Numbered from the stretch's first letter, positions 1 through 9,950 are shown. The stretch is DNA of 64,000 bases from Bdellovibrio sp. (GCA_036677065.1 JAKFBS010000011.1:32001-96000); one strand, 5' to 3'. Made by a program: numbers and translations. The notes: generated by a model not told the origin, from the letters alone.

Positions 1-891
1 GCTCACATTGCTCAGCAATCAGAGTCTTCTTATGAAGCGATCGGTATTCGCAAAGATGGTTCACGCTTTCATATTGAAATTCGCGGCAAAAAACACATGC
101 TGAAAAATGGCGTACTTGGCCGAGTGGCAGCTATTCAAGACATTACAGAGCGTAAAAAAAATGAACAGACAAAAATTTTATTTGAAGCTTCGCAAGAAGC
201 GTTACGCATTAGAAATGAATTTATTTCGATCGCTTCTCACGAATTAAAAACGCCGTTAACAAGTATTAAACTGCAAACGCAGATGACTCAAATAGCTGCT
301 GAAAAAAATGAAGCGCAAGCCTACAGTCCCGAACGGATGAAAAAGTTTGTGAATCAAATTGACCGGCAGGCCGATCGTTTAGCCAATTTAATCGAAGACA
401 TGTTAGATGTTTCGCGAATTTCTTTAGGAAAACTATCTTTAGATATACAGCCGACTTCATTAAATTCATTAATCGAAGAGACCCTGGAATCGATGGCTGA
501 ATTAATTAAGCAAAATGGTAACGAAATTATTCGCACGCTCGACACTAATGTCGTGGCAAACATTGATCGTTTTCGCATGGAGCAGGTTTTAATTAATTTA
601 CTGACGAATGCCATCAAATACGGCGAAGGTAAACCAATCACTATCAGCTTAAGCAAACGCGGTAGCGAAGCTTCAATTTCAGTACAGGATCAAGGCATGG
701 GTATCGCCAAAGAAAATCAAGAAAGAATTTTTGCCCGCTTTGAACGCGCTGTGACCGCAAAAAACATTAGTGGACTAGGCTTAGGACTCTATATTTCACA
801 GCAAATTGTTCAGGCTCATCGTGGAACCATTATAGTAAAAAGTGCCCCGAACGAAGGGGCTTGTTTTATCGTAAATATTCCAGCAGAATGA
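1..891 (+). CDS. PAS/PAC sensor histidine kinase (5' end lies outside the window)
   Basis: Frame is open from base 1 (..YEAIGIRKDGSRFHIEIRG..QDITERK, a PAC motif). H-box ASHELKTPLT, N-box QVLINLLTNAIKY, G1 DQGMGI, G2 GLGLGL. Confidence 0.93.
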   Translation, partial: AHIAQQSESSYEAIGIRKDGSRFHIEIRGKKHMLKNGVLGRVAAIQDITERKKNEQTKILFEASQEALRIRNEFISIASHELKTPLTSIKLQTQMTQIAAEKNEAQAYSPERMKKFVNQIDRQADRLANLIEDMLDVSRISLGKLSLDIQPTSLNSLIEETLESMAELIKQNGNEIIRTLDTNVVANIDRFRMEQVLINLLTNAIKYGEGKPITISLSKRGSEASISVQDQGMGIAKENQERIFARFERAVTAKNISGLGLGLYISQQIVQAHRGTIIVKSAPNEGACFIVNIPAE

Positions 892-898
892 CCAAGCC

Positions 899-1273
899 AT
901 GAACGCCATCACTAATAAAATTCTTCTTGTTGAAGATGACATTGATATACAAGACAATCTAAGAGCTTTTCTTGAAATGGAAAACTTCGAAGTCGAGTCT
1001 GTTGCCAATGGCAAACAAGCCATCGAGCTGATGCAAAAAGAAGGACGCCCGCGTCTTATTTTGTTAGACCTGATGATGCCGATCATGAACGGTTATGAAA
1101 TGTTAGCCGAGATGAAAAAAATGAATCTTTTCAAAGGTAATCCTTCACCAATTATTTTATTATCTGCTGCAACTGATATCGAAGAAACTGCTCGCCAACA
1201 GGTGACTAAATTTATTCGTAAACCCATTGCCTTAGATAAGTTGTTGCTTACGATCAAAGAAATCTACGGCTAA
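899..1273 (+). CDS. Single-domain response regulator (REC)
   Basis: ILLVEDD, LLDLMMPIMNG, FIRKP; starts 7 nt after the kinase stop. Confidence 0.93.
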   Translation: MNAITNKILLVEDDIDIQDNLRAFLEMENFEVESVANGKQAIELMQKEGRPRLILLDLMMPIMNGYEMLAEMKKMNLFKGNPSPIILLSAATDIEETARQQVTKFIRKPIALDKLLLTIKEIYG

Positions 1274-1347
1274 GTCGTGTCGTAGACACGCTAATCACGG
1301 CGTGAAAAATGCTACATACGTCTCGTAATTAAATTTATGAGGTGTTT

Positions 1348-2478
1348 ATGCAAACAAGAGTCAAAAACGAACTTTTAATGCTTTGTGGTTTAGGGACATT
1401 AGCCCTACTGCGTGCAAAGAGAAAACGATTAGCCCTAGTGCCTGCGATGGCCAGCGGCTATCTGTTAACCCGTTTATTAATTGAAAGTACAAACCCGCAA
1501 TCTTTTCGCGGGCAATCGGCCATCATCACTGGCGGTTCACGCGGGTTAGGCCTTGCCTTAGCGCGCGAACTCGTCAACGAAAACTGTAATGTCACTTTAC
1601 TTGCGCGTGACGAAGACGAATTAAAACGCGCAAAAAAAGAATTAGATAAATTCAACAGAGGCGAAGTCCATATTGTCGTCTGCGATATCACCGATAATGT
1701 GCAGTTAAGTAAAGCCATTCATGAAGCGGCTGATTTATACGATGGTGTGGATTTATTAATTAATAATGCCGGCGCAATTGTTGTTGGCCCATGGGAGAGC
1801 ATGACGCAACAAGATTTTGAAGCGCAAATGAATGTTCACTTATATGCCACGATGAATTCTATTCGCGTAGCCTTGCCATTCTTGCGTCAAAAAACCAGTG
1901 CGAAGCGTATCGTAAATATTTGTTCAATGGGCGGACGCGTAGCGGTGCCGCATATGTTACCTTATGACACTTCAAAATTTGCGCTGTCTGGATTTTCACA
2001 AGGCCTTGCCACTGAGCTGTATGACGAAGGCATTTCGGTAACAACAGTTTATCCGGGAATGATGCGCACAGGATCACCGATACAAGCAGTGTTTAAGGGC
2101 GAACATGAAAAAGAATTTGCCTGGTTTCAAGCTGCAGATGTGATTCCGGGATTTTCAACTTCAGCGCGCGATGCCGCCAAAGAAATTATTCAAGCGGCGC
2201 GTGAACGGCGCTTTGAATTAATGCCTTTTTTACCTGCGAAATTACGCTTAGGCTTAGCTTCGTTTTTTCCAGAACTGGTGGCTTATACAATGGTGTTATT
2301 AAATCGTTTGTTACCACAAGGACAATCTGGCGAATATAAAACCGGCGCGCAAAGCCGAGAAATTTTTGATAAATCGATTCTGACCAAAGCATTTAAATCT
2401 TCAGCGCGCAAAGCCGAAAAAGATTCAAATCAGTGGCCAAAAATCGACGCCAAAGAAAGTATGGGAGTGCTACACTGA
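1348..2478 (+). CDS. Short-chain dehydrogenase/reductase with N-terminal membrane anchor
   Basis: TGGSRGLG, NNAG, YDTSK (YxxxK). Start placed at ATG 1348 after a GAGGT SD. Confidence 0.9.
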   Translation: MQTRVKNELLMLCGLGTLALLRAKRKRLALVPAMASGYLLTRLLIESTNPQSFRGQSAIITGGSRGLGLALARELVNENCNVTLLARDEDELKRAKKELDKFNRGEVHIVVCDITDNVQLSKAIHEAADLYDGVDLLINNAGAIVVGPWESMTQQDFEAQMNVHLYATMNSIRVALPFLRQKTSAKRIVNICSMGGRVAVPHMLPYDTSKFALSGFSQGLATELYDEGISVTTVYPGMMRTGSPIQAVFKGEHEKEFAWFQAADVIPGFSTSARDAAKEIIQAARERRFELMPFLPAKLRLGLASFFPELVAYTMVLLNRLLPQGQSGEYKTGAQSREIFDKSILTKAFKSSARKAEKDSNQWPKIDAKESMGVLH

Positions 2479-2505
2479 TGGCGCACGCCAGAAAGCAAAG
2501 TTGGA

Positions 2506-3783
2506 CTATGCAGTCTCTAATATCGCGGCCACGCCCATTCCACCTGCAGTACAGATGGAAATTAGGCCGCGTTTTTTTCCGCCACTTGCTAATAACTTAG
2601 CGAGTGTGCCGGTAACACGCGTGCCGGTAGCGGCAAATGGATGTCCCATCGCGATACTGCTACCAACCACATTCATTTTACTTCTGTCGATAGAACCAAT
2701 TGGTGATTTTAATCCTAAGACATCTTTGCAATAGGCAGCAGATTCCCACGCTTTTAAGTTACAAAGAACTTGCGCAGCAAACGCTTCGTGAATTTCAAAA
2801 TAATCAAAATCTTTAAATGTTAATTGATTGCGTGTTAATAATTGTGAAACGGCTTTTGTCGGCGCCATTAATAAACCGGCACCATGAACAAAATCAACTG
2901 CTGCCACTTGCACATCAATCACTTTAGCCATCGGGAATAATCCCATTTTTTGCGCCGCTGCTTCGCTGCCTAAAAGTACACACGAGGCACCATCTGTTAA
3001 CGGCGAGCTATTTCCTGCTGTTAGAGTTCCGTTTTGCGGATCAAATGAAGGTTTTAATTTGGCTAAACGCTCTTTACTGGTGTCAGCACGTAAAGTCGCA
3101 TCGCGGGTGATGTTATGAAATGGAATCACTAAGTCTTCAAAAAAACCACCATCATAAGCTTTTGCGCCATTGATGTGACTGTTGTAAGCCACTTCATCTT
3201 GCTCTTCGCGCGCAATTTTCCATTCTTTCGCCATCAGTTCACAGTGCTGGCCCATGGACATCAACGTGCGCGGCTCAGTCACTGATGCGGCTCTTGGCTT
3301 AAACATGCCAAGAGAAGCTCCTGACAATGCACTCATGCGCGCACCGAAAGTTTTTGCATTGTTCATTTTCATTAAAAATTTTCTGAATTTATCAGAAACT
3401 TCAATTGGAAAATCACTGTTCGTATCGACACCGCCGGCAATTCCGATATCAATTGCGCCGGTATGAATTTTCATCGCGATTTGCCAAACATTATCAAGAC
3501 TTGTGGCGCACGCTCGTTGCGTGTTGTAAGCCGGAGTATTTGGATCAAGTTCGGTTTCTAAAACGCATTCACGCGCTAAATTCCAATCTGCAGAGCTATT
3601 CATCAGGCAGCCTAACGCCACATCGCCGATCAGTTTTTTTTGCAGATTATTTTTACGAATAAGCCCGTTTAATGCGGCCACCATTAATTCTTTACGGGTC
3701 ACATCGGCATAAACCGTTTGGCTTTTCGCAAAAGGTGTTCTTGAACTTCCTAAAACATATACTTGGTTTGCATCTGATTTCAT
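2506..3783 (-). CDS. fadI: Acetyl-CoA C-acyltransferase (FadI/TFE-beta-like thiolase)
   Basis: RTPF, catalytic Cys in QRACATS, HEAFAAQ, GHPFAATG, CTAGG. Confidence 0.85.
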   Translation of the reverse strand: MKSDANQVYVLGSSRTPFAKSQTVYADVTRKELMVAALNGLIRKNNLQKKLIGDVALGCLMNSSADWNLARECVLETELDPNTPAYNTQRACATSLDNVWQIAMKIHTGAIDIGIAGGVDTNSDFPIEVSDKFRKFLMKMNNAKTFGARMSALSGASLGMFKPRAASVTEPRTLMSMGQHCELMAKEWKIAREEQDEVAYNSHINGAKAYDGGFFEDLVIPFHNITRDATLRADTSKERLAKLKPSFDPQNGTLTAGNSSPLTDGASCVLLGSEAAAQKMGLFPMAKVIDVQVAAVDFVHGAGLLMAPTKAVSQLLTRNQLTFKDFDYFEIHEAFAAQVLCNLKAWESAAYCKDVLGLKSPIGSIDRSKMNVVGSSIAMGHPFAATGTRVTGTLAKLLASGGKKRGLISICTAGGMGVAAILETA

Positions 3784-3892
3784 AACCTGATGCTAGCACT
3801 GCAACATACGCTCGCCAACCTTAGACCTTAGTCGTAGTTCGTCAAATGCCGCTTTGGTCAGTTTGTCATCTGACTTTGTTCTACGTCATAAT

Positions 3893-5608
3893 ATGGATAT
3901 GAAATCTATATACATCTTATTGTGTAGTTTAATTATCTTTGCGGCCTGCGAAAAAAAAGAAACTGGTGAAATGACTACGGTAACATTGACGATGCCTGAT
4001 CTTTCGCTCAACGGCAGACAAAATGTTTACACACGTGTTGCTTCTGCACCGGCCACAATTGACGACGTGAATTGTTTTGCGGTGATGGTTTCAGGCCCAG
4101 AACCTTTTTTAAATCGCACAAGCTGTTCAGTGGTTGATAGCGTTGGTTCTCAAGTTGCTGCGGCGAAAAGAACTGGTCTATTTCGGGGCTTAATTCCTAG
4201 TGGCGGCGTGATTACGTTAGCGATTCCTGCCGGAGCAAGTCGTCAATTTACCCTGCTTGGTGTAAAAGCAAATCCACTTTCGGCTTGTATTGATTTTAAT
4301 AGCCCAAATGCTTCAACAGAATTTACTTCTGATTTATTTCTTGTCGGTGAATCCGCTTCAGTTGATTTGCAACCTGGAGTGACGGTGGCGGTGCCTATTA
4401 AATTACCGACGGCAGGCACTGCCTTTAACACAGGAAGTTCTCGCATTGGTGATTGCACCGGTCCTGATTCTCCATATAAAACGCGCATTCTGCCGACGAA
4501 AGCCGAAATTGTTAAAGATTTTTTTACCTACGATGCCTTTCCGGCTAATTCTTGCAGCTCAGTAAATATTAATTTTACTGATGATGTCGGTCGTTCAGGC
4601 GCAACAGCGTTTCCTTATAATATGATTCTAGAACGCGCCGAAGTAGATGGCGGAGGAGCTGTTGGATCATTCACCTCATTTGCGATGTTCACTCAACCAA
4701 ATTGTTCGGTCTCATTATTTAACGAAATTTCAGTGCCTGCAAACACACGTTCAATACCAGTGTACTTTAATACTACGGCTTCACCTTCAGTTTCGGGTTT
4801 TCAATTTCGCTTAAGACCGGGAACAACGGCGCCTTCTCCATATGCACAAACCACTACACCGACTTTTTTACTTCAGGAAAATAGTTCTGCCTCGATTGAT
4901 ATTTTTGGCCCACGCCGAGTGATCAAAGATATGTGTTATAACTTAGTTGGCACATTTAAAACTGCAGATAAAACTGTGATCAGCGGAACTGCTTACACGC
5001 CTTCTTATCCTGATATTCAAGGCCGCGTGTTTCCTGAAAAATTTTGCACAAACACCTCGATTGCCAGCGGTACTGCGCATGCAATTACCATCAATTCAAA
5101 TTTTGATTTTTCGATGAGATACGATCAAGATGTTTTTACCCCGACGCACTTTACTTTAACACCAACAATCACTTCAGCTACGCAGACTTTTCCGGCAAGA
5201 TACCCAGTTCAAGTTGTCGGCGGATCTCGTAGCCCGACTTTTTTGCGTCCCGAATTACCACCAAGTTTACCGGCCGCAACCACTGGATGTTTTGGACCAT
5301 TTCAGGTCTTAGTTGAAAACGAACGCGGCGCCGCCTTAGTGACTGAAGGGGCGATTGTAGTTTCATTACTTTCTGGGGCACCCTCAAATGTAGCGATTTT
5401 TAATAATAATATTTGTAATCAGACTTATGCTTCATCATTTGCTGATGATTATCGCCGGGTATTTTATGTGGGCGTAAGTACAACAGCAATTGTTGCTAAT
5501 ACGACAGTCAGTTTTAGTACCGCTGGCCAGATTGACCATCCGGATGCACCAGGCAACACAACTTACACCACAAGTCTAACGACTGTGGTGAATCTTCAAT
5601 TTAAATAG
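3893..5608 (+). CDS. Hypothetical lipoprotein, beta-rich with Cys pairs
   Basis: Long ORF. Hydrophobic N-terminus ends in the lipobox-like FAAC; Thr/Ser-rich beta-strand pattern. Start (3893 or 3899) uncertain. Confidence 0.7.
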   Translation: MDMKSIYILLCSLIIFAACEKKETGEMTTVTLTMPDLSLNGRQNVYTRVASAPATIDDVNCFAVMVSGPEPFLNRTSCSVVDSVGSQVAAAKRTGLFRGLIPSGGVITLAIPAGASRQFTLLGVKANPLSACIDFNSPNASTEFTSDLFLVGESASVDLQPGVTVAVPIKLPTAGTAFNTGSSRIGDCTGPDSPYKTRILPTKAEIVKDFFTYDAFPANSCSSVNINFTDDVGRSGATAFPYNMILERAEVDGGGAVGSFTSFAMFTQPNCSVSLFNEISVPANTRSIPVYFNTTASPSVSGFQFRLRPGTTAPSPYAQTTTPTFLLQENSSASIDIFGPRRVIKDMCYNLVGTFKTADKTVISGTAYTPSYPDIQGRVFPEKFCTNTSIASGTAHAITINSNFDFSMRYDQDVFTPTHFTLTPTITSATQTFPARYPVQVVGGSRSPTFLRPELPPSLPAATTGCFGPFQVLVENERGAALVTEGAIVVSLLSGAPSNVAIFNNNICNQTYASSFADDYRRVFYVGVSTTAIVANTTVSFSTAGQIDHPDAPGNTTYTTSLTTVVNLQFK

Positions 5609-5609
5609 C

Positions 5610-6029
5610 TTATTTTTTTACGGGTTGGCGGTTTACTAAAACCGTCAATGTGAAACTTTCAGGACCATCGTCTTCACCGACAGTGATGCTTCCTGATTTA
5701 CCATTCGTTACGATCATCTCTGGCGTTGAAAGAATTTCGCGAACGCCTTTAACTAATCTTCCGATAACTAATTTTAAATGGATTTTATCAAGTTCGCCGT
5801 CGATTTCTTCTGGAGTGACTTCCATAAAGCTTCCGGTGCCATTTGAATATTTTTGTTGAACTTCAGATTTTTCGCCTTCATTGGCTAATAAACCTTGAGA
5901 TGCGACATGCTTGCCGTTCAAAGTCAGATCAACATTTAATTTATAGATTGGTAAACCCTGTTTAGGGTTGGTAGCCGCTATTGCGGTAGAAAGAAAGAAA
6001 AACGAAACTAATAACGTCGACTTAAACAT
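5610..6029 (-). CDS. Hypothetical secreted protein
   Basis: Signal peptide (MFKSTLLVSFFFLSTAIA); AGGAG SD upstream. Confidence 0.7.
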   Translation of the reverse strand: MFKSTLLVSFFFLSTAIAATNPKQGLPIYKLNVDLTLNGKHVASQGLLANEGEKSEVQQKYSNGTGSFMEVTPEEIDGELDKIHLKLVIGRLVKGVREILSTPEMIVTNGKSGSITVGEDDGPESFTLTVLVNRQPVKK

Positions 6030-6198
6030 CTGAGACTCCTTAAGCTTGATAAAACTTAAGAAAGTTTAAACGACAAAATGTGAAAAATCATGCATAGCTT
6101 TGCATAATCATTTCTTAAAAACAGATACTCATACTAAAGTCTAGTAACGAAAATTCAGTCACAATAGAATTTAATTACACTTTTACCCTTCATCATAA

Positions 6199-6236
6199 GA
6201 TTTGCTGGCCTCGAGCCTATCTCTAGGCCAGCAATC
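6199..6236 (-). terminator. Strong hairpin downstream of flagellin, probable terminator/3' stabiliser
   Basis: TTGCTGGCCT...AGGCCAGCAA inverted repeat about 40 nt past the flagellin stop; weak U-tract. Confidence 0.5.
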
Positions 6237-6277
6237 CCAAGGATTTATGGATAAAACGTGGATCAGAATCTACTCAA

Positions 6278-7111
6278 CTACCCTAACAACTTAAGTGCTA
6301 GTTGAGTTTGTGTATTGGCTTGTCCCAATACTGAGGTCGCAGCTTGCATAAGAACATTGTTCTTCGCTAATTCTGTCGACTCTGCGGCTACATCTGTATC
6401 ACGGATACGAGAGTTCGCTGCTGCGTAATTCTCCTCAGCTGTCGCTAAGTTTTGAGAAGTTGATTGTAAACGATTTTGGAATGCACCCAAGTTCGCTCTG
6501 ATAGAATTTACGTTGTTAATCGCGTCATCTACTGAAGCTAAGCTTAATTGTGCAGACTCTTTATTACCCACGCCGGCTTCGGTCAATCGCAACGCTTCTA
6601 ATGTTGCATTTGATTCACCACTTTTAAAGCTGATGCGATCTAGTTCTGGATCATTTTGGGTACCGATTTGGATATCCAAAACTCCGCCTAGGCCGTTCAA
6701 CAGTGGCGTGCCATTGAATTTCGTGCTCTGAGAGATACGTTGCATCTCTTCTTTAAGCTGTTGAAACTCGATGTTTGTTAACCCGCGCTCACGATCACTG
6801 ATCGTGTCAGAAGCAGCTTGTACACCCAGCTCGCGCAAGCGAACTAACATGTTAGCCATTTCTTGCAAGCCGCCTTCGGCAACTTGTACTAATGAAATAC
6901 CGTCATTAGCGTTTCGGTTGGCTTGTCTAAGGCCTCTGATTTGAGCTTTAATGTTTTCAGAGATAGCTAAACCAGCTGCATCGTCAGACGCTTGGTTTAC
7001 TCTGAACCCCGATGATAGACGTGCCATCGCGGTATTTTGTTTTATGCCTAAACTATACAGATTCTTACCTGCATTAATCGCGGCTACGTTGGTTGCAATT
7101 CGCAATCCCAT
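6278..7111 (-). CDS. fliC: Flagellin
   Basis: MGLRIATN, RLSSGFRVNQASDDAAGLAISE, RANLGAFQNRL, SRIRDTDVA. Confidence 0.98.
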   Translation of the reverse strand: MGLRIATNVAAINAGKNLYSLGIKQNTAMARLSSGFRVNQASDDAAGLAISENIKAQIRGLRQANRNANDGISLVQVAEGGLQEMANMLVRLRELGVQAASDTISDRERGLTNIEFQQLKEEMQRISQSTKFNGTPLLNGLGGVLDIQIGTQNDPELDRISFKSGESNATLEALRLTEAGVGNKESAQLSLASVDDAINNVNSIRANLGAFQNRLQSTSQNLATAEENYAAANSRIRDTDVAAESTELAKNNVLMQAATSVLGQANTQTQLALKLLG

Positions 7112-7181
7112 ATTATCCTCCTTGTATTGTATTCATCCGTGAATGTCCCCGATCCTTGGTTAGAGCAGAATCCGTTCTGCT
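7112..7181 (-). promoter_or_regulatory. Flagellin 5' leader with GGA-loop hairpins (CsrA-type sites)
   Basis: Minus strand: AGCAGAA-CGGA-TTCTGCT, CCAAGGATCGG, ATTCA-CGGA-TGAAT, and an ACAAGGAGG SD. Confidence 0.7.
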
Positions 7182-7230
7182 TATTTAAAAAACTTTAAAA
7201 AACTAATTACACTAATCCTATGCCTGTACC

Positions 7231-7385
7231 CCAAAAGTCGCCGCTCGCACGACGGCCTTTGGTGGACAAATTCCAATACGGATTTGTCCCTTTTGTCAGA
7301 CTCATTTCAGTAAGTCCAACCCCTTTGCTCAGTCTCAGTTTAGTGAGACCAATCCCAGGTTATAGATTCAATCAGTCGAATCTAT
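7231..7385 (-). other. Array of five tandem stem-loops between the flagellin genes
   Basis: Inverted repeats at ~7231-7262, 7264-7289, 7297-7318, 7330-7350 and 7362-7385; two are imperfect direct repeats with a compensatory change. Confidence 0.6.
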
Positions 7386-7388
7386 CTA

Positions 7389-8228
7389 CTATCCTTTGTT
7401 CAACAACTGAAGAGCTAAGCCCGGTTGTTGATTCGCCTGTGCCAGTACTGATGTTCCAGCTTGCAGAAGAATATTCTGCTTCGCTAATTCAGTACTTTCA
7501 TCCGCGATGTCCGCATCTCTAATGCGTGAATTCGATGCTGACAAGTTCTCTAAGTTCGTTTGCAATCCCTCAACAGTTGAGTTCAATCTGTTTTGGATCG
7601 CCCCGAAACCTGCCCGTAGCTGATTCACGTAGTTGATCGCGCTATCTACATTGGCTAAGCTGCTCTGAGCAGACGTCTTATCCAAAATACTTGTTAAATC
7701 CAATCCCAGTGCGCCCGTACTCGCATCTGTTAATGTGGCGTCAAAAGAAATTCGGTCAAAGTCGGCCGAGTTCTTTACACCAATCTGGAAGTCCAACAAT
7801 CCGCCCGTTCCGTTAAGTAATGGCGTTCCGTTAAATTCTGCACTTCCTGTCATACGATCGATCTCTTCTAGTAGCTGCACGTATTCGACATTTGCCAATC
7901 CGCGCTCTCTATCCCCGATCGTATCTGATGCTGCTTGCACCCCTAATTCACGTAATCTAATGAGCATGTTACTAACTTCGCTTAATGATCCTTCTGCAGT
8001 CTGAATCATTGAGATACCGTCTTGCGCATTTCTGTTGGCCTGTTTAAGACCTCTCATTTGCGCTTTCATGTTTTCAGAAATCGCTAATCCCGCCGCATCG
8101 TCAGATGCTTTGTTGATTCTGCTTCCTGAAGACAATCTGGCCATCGCCGTATCCATTTTGTTCTTCGTACCCCATAATGCCTTTTGAGCATTTAGCGCCG
8201 TAACATTTGTACCAATTCTTAATCCCAT
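7389..8228 (-). CDS. fliC: Flagellin
   Basis: MGLRIGTN, RLSSGSRINKASDDAAGLAISE, SRIRDADIA. Start 8228 follows a GGAGG SD. Confidence 0.98.
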   Translation of the reverse strand: MGLRIGTNVTALNAQKALWGTKNKMDTAMARLSSGSRINKASDDAAGLAISENMKAQMRGLKQANRNAQDGISMIQTAEGSLSEVSNMLIRLRELGVQAASDTIGDRERGLANVEYVQLLEEIDRMTGSAEFNGTPLLNGTGGLLDFQIGVKNSADFDRISFDATLTDASTGALGLDLTSILDKTSAQSSLANVDSAINYVNQLRAGFGAIQNRLNSTVEGLQTNLENLSASNSRIRDADIADESTELAKQNILLQAGTSVLAQANQQPGLALQLLNKG

Positions 8229-8336
8229 AACTTCCTCCATGAAGCTGTTCCGGTGTGCTACTACTCTGTGAGACTCCTGTCTCACTTCGTTTCATACCGA
8301 AGCGGTTTGTTTTGAGAATCCATCCGTGAATTCTCA
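8229..8336 (-). promoter_or_regulatory. Flagellin 5' leader with GGA-loop hairpins (CsrA-type sites)
   Basis: Minus strand: TGAGAATTCA-CGGA-TGGATTCTCA, GTGAGAC-AGGA-GTCTCAC, ACCGGA, and an ATGGAGG SD. Confidence 0.7.
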
Positions 8337-8359
8337 GAATCGTATTACTCTTAAACACT

Positions 8360-8386
8360 TTTTCGGCTCATCCTGAGAAAACTTGA
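8360..8386 (-). promoter_or_regulatory. Sigma-28 (FliA) promoter of the flagellin pair
   Basis: TCAAGTTT-N11-GCCGAAAA versus consensus TAAAGTTT-N11-GCCGATAA. Confidence 0.8.
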
Positions 8387-8553
8387 GACGTTCGTATCAA
8401 GAAAGATCACTTTTGGTCTTAGGTCTGTCCTGTAATGCAATTAAACACGTCCTGATGAATGTTTTGTCAAATTTTCGGACTAAAGTCTTTTGTTCAAAAC
8501 AGGCGTTTGTACGTGACTCTGTTGTTAAATTTCAGTAATTTTCATACTCATAT

Positions 8554-9834
8554 ATGGAAATACGCGATCCCATTCACGGTAGTATTTATCTCTCAGACGG
8601 CGAAGAAGCGATCATCGAATCAGTTGAATTTCAACGTCTGCGCGAAATCAAACAATTAGGTTTTTCTGAATTTAGTTTTCCGGGAGCAACTCATAATAGA
8701 TTTTTACATTCTATTGGTGTGAGCCATGTTTCGGGGTTAGTGTTTGACAGTATTTTCAGAGCGTATCCGTTAAAGTCTTCAAATAAAATTCGTTTTCGCC
8801 AGATGGTAAAATTAGCTGCGTTACTTCATGATGTGGGTCACGGCCCGCTATCACACACGACAGAACAAGTGATGCCCCAGCTTGATAAACTAAAGATTAA
8901 AATCTACCAAGAGCAAGGCGTTGATCAAAATCGCCAGGCCAATCACGAAGACTACACGATCAAGTTTGTGACTGATTCAAATATCGCAGACATTATTAAA
9001 AAATATTATTCTGATATCGACCCGTTACATGTGGCTTGTCTGATTGATAAAGAATTAAAATGTTCACCAGACGTTTTTACTGACGGGATCATTAACTTCA
9101 GACCTTTATTAAGTCAGATCGTAAGTTCAGAACTAGACGCTGATCGTATGGATTATCTAGAGCGCGATTCTTATTTCTGCGGGATTAACTACGGTAAGAT
9201 CGATCGTGATTGGTTAGTGCAGAACTTAACTTTGCATATTAAAGACCATAACGCATATTTAGCCCTCAATAGACGCGCACTGTATGCCTTTGATGATTTT
9301 TTAATTTCTCGTCATCATATGTACCTGATGGTGTACTTTCATCATAAGAGCATCATCTATGATGAAATGCTGAACCTGTACTTAGGTTCTAACGAGGCTA
9401 GTTTCAAAATTCCTGCTGAACTTGAAAGTTATATTCCGTACACCGACTATAAACTTTACGAACATTTAGACACGGTTCAAAACCCATGGGCTAAACGTAT
9501 TGCTGAACGTAAACCTTACCGCGTGGCGATTGAATTACATAACCAAGATAAAGCCCGCGTTGAAAATGTTCGCCGTTTATTAACAGACTCACAAATTCAT
9601 TCAATCTGGGCCAGCTCTGACGTTCGTCTATCTAAATACCACCAAACGATTTCAGATAACGATATCAACATCTTCGTGGTTGATCAGTACGACAAATGGG
9701 ATAAACCATCTCCGATCAACAATGCGACGCAGATCTTTCAAAAATACGAAGGCTCGCGCGTAATCGACCGCGTCTACGTAGCCCCTGAAAACTTCGATAC
9801 TGCCAAAAAGATTTTGTCAGAACAAAAGTACTAA
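8554..9834 (+). CDS. HD-domain phosphohydrolase (dNTP triphosphohydrolase-like, YdhJ/SAMHD1-type)
   Basis: IRDPIHG, FQRLREIKQLG, HNRFLHSIG, LLHDVGHGPLSH, LDADRMDYLERD. Confidence 0.9.
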   Translation: MEIRDPIHGSIYLSDGEEAIIESVEFQRLREIKQLGFSEFSFPGATHNRFLHSIGVSHVSGLVFDSIFRAYPLKSSNKIRFRQMVKLAALLHDVGHGPLSHTTEQVMPQLDKLKIKIYQEQGVDQNRQANHEDYTIKFVTDSNIADIIKKYYSDIDPLHVACLIDKELKCSPDVFTDGIINFRPLLSQIVSSELDADRMDYLERDSYFCGINYGKIDRDWLVQNLTLHIKDHNAYLALNRRALYAFDDFLISRHHMYLMVYFHHKSIIYDEMLNLYLGSNEASFKIPAELESYIPYTDYKLYEHLDTVQNPWAKRIAERKPYRVAIELHNQDKARVENVRRLLTDSQIHSIWASSDVRLSKYHQTISDNDINIFVVDQYDKWDKPSPINNATQIFQKYEGSRVIDRVYVAPENFDTAKKILSEQKY

Positions 9835-9940
9835 ACCGTCGCCCGGATTCCAAATACATATAAAGCGTTTAAACAGCATTCACAGCTGTTCCGTCCATTG
9901 CATTGTTTTTACCGCACTGTTTTATAGCCAAAGTTGCTAT

Positions 9941-9950
9941 TGTATATACA
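9941..9950. promoter_or_regulatory. Palindrome upstream of brnT, candidate antitoxin operator
   Basis: Perfect palindrome TGTATATACA 15 nt upstream of the toxin start. Confidence 0.45.

Noticed and set aside
6236..6265. Three GGA motifs on the + strand past the flagellin stop (CCCAAGGATTT also at 58836)
   Set aside because: No convincing stems or promoter; could be chance.
7220..7522. 100-aa + strand ORF between and overlapping the flagellins
   Set aside because: Antisense to flagellin, crosses the hairpin array, no SD and no recognisable motif.
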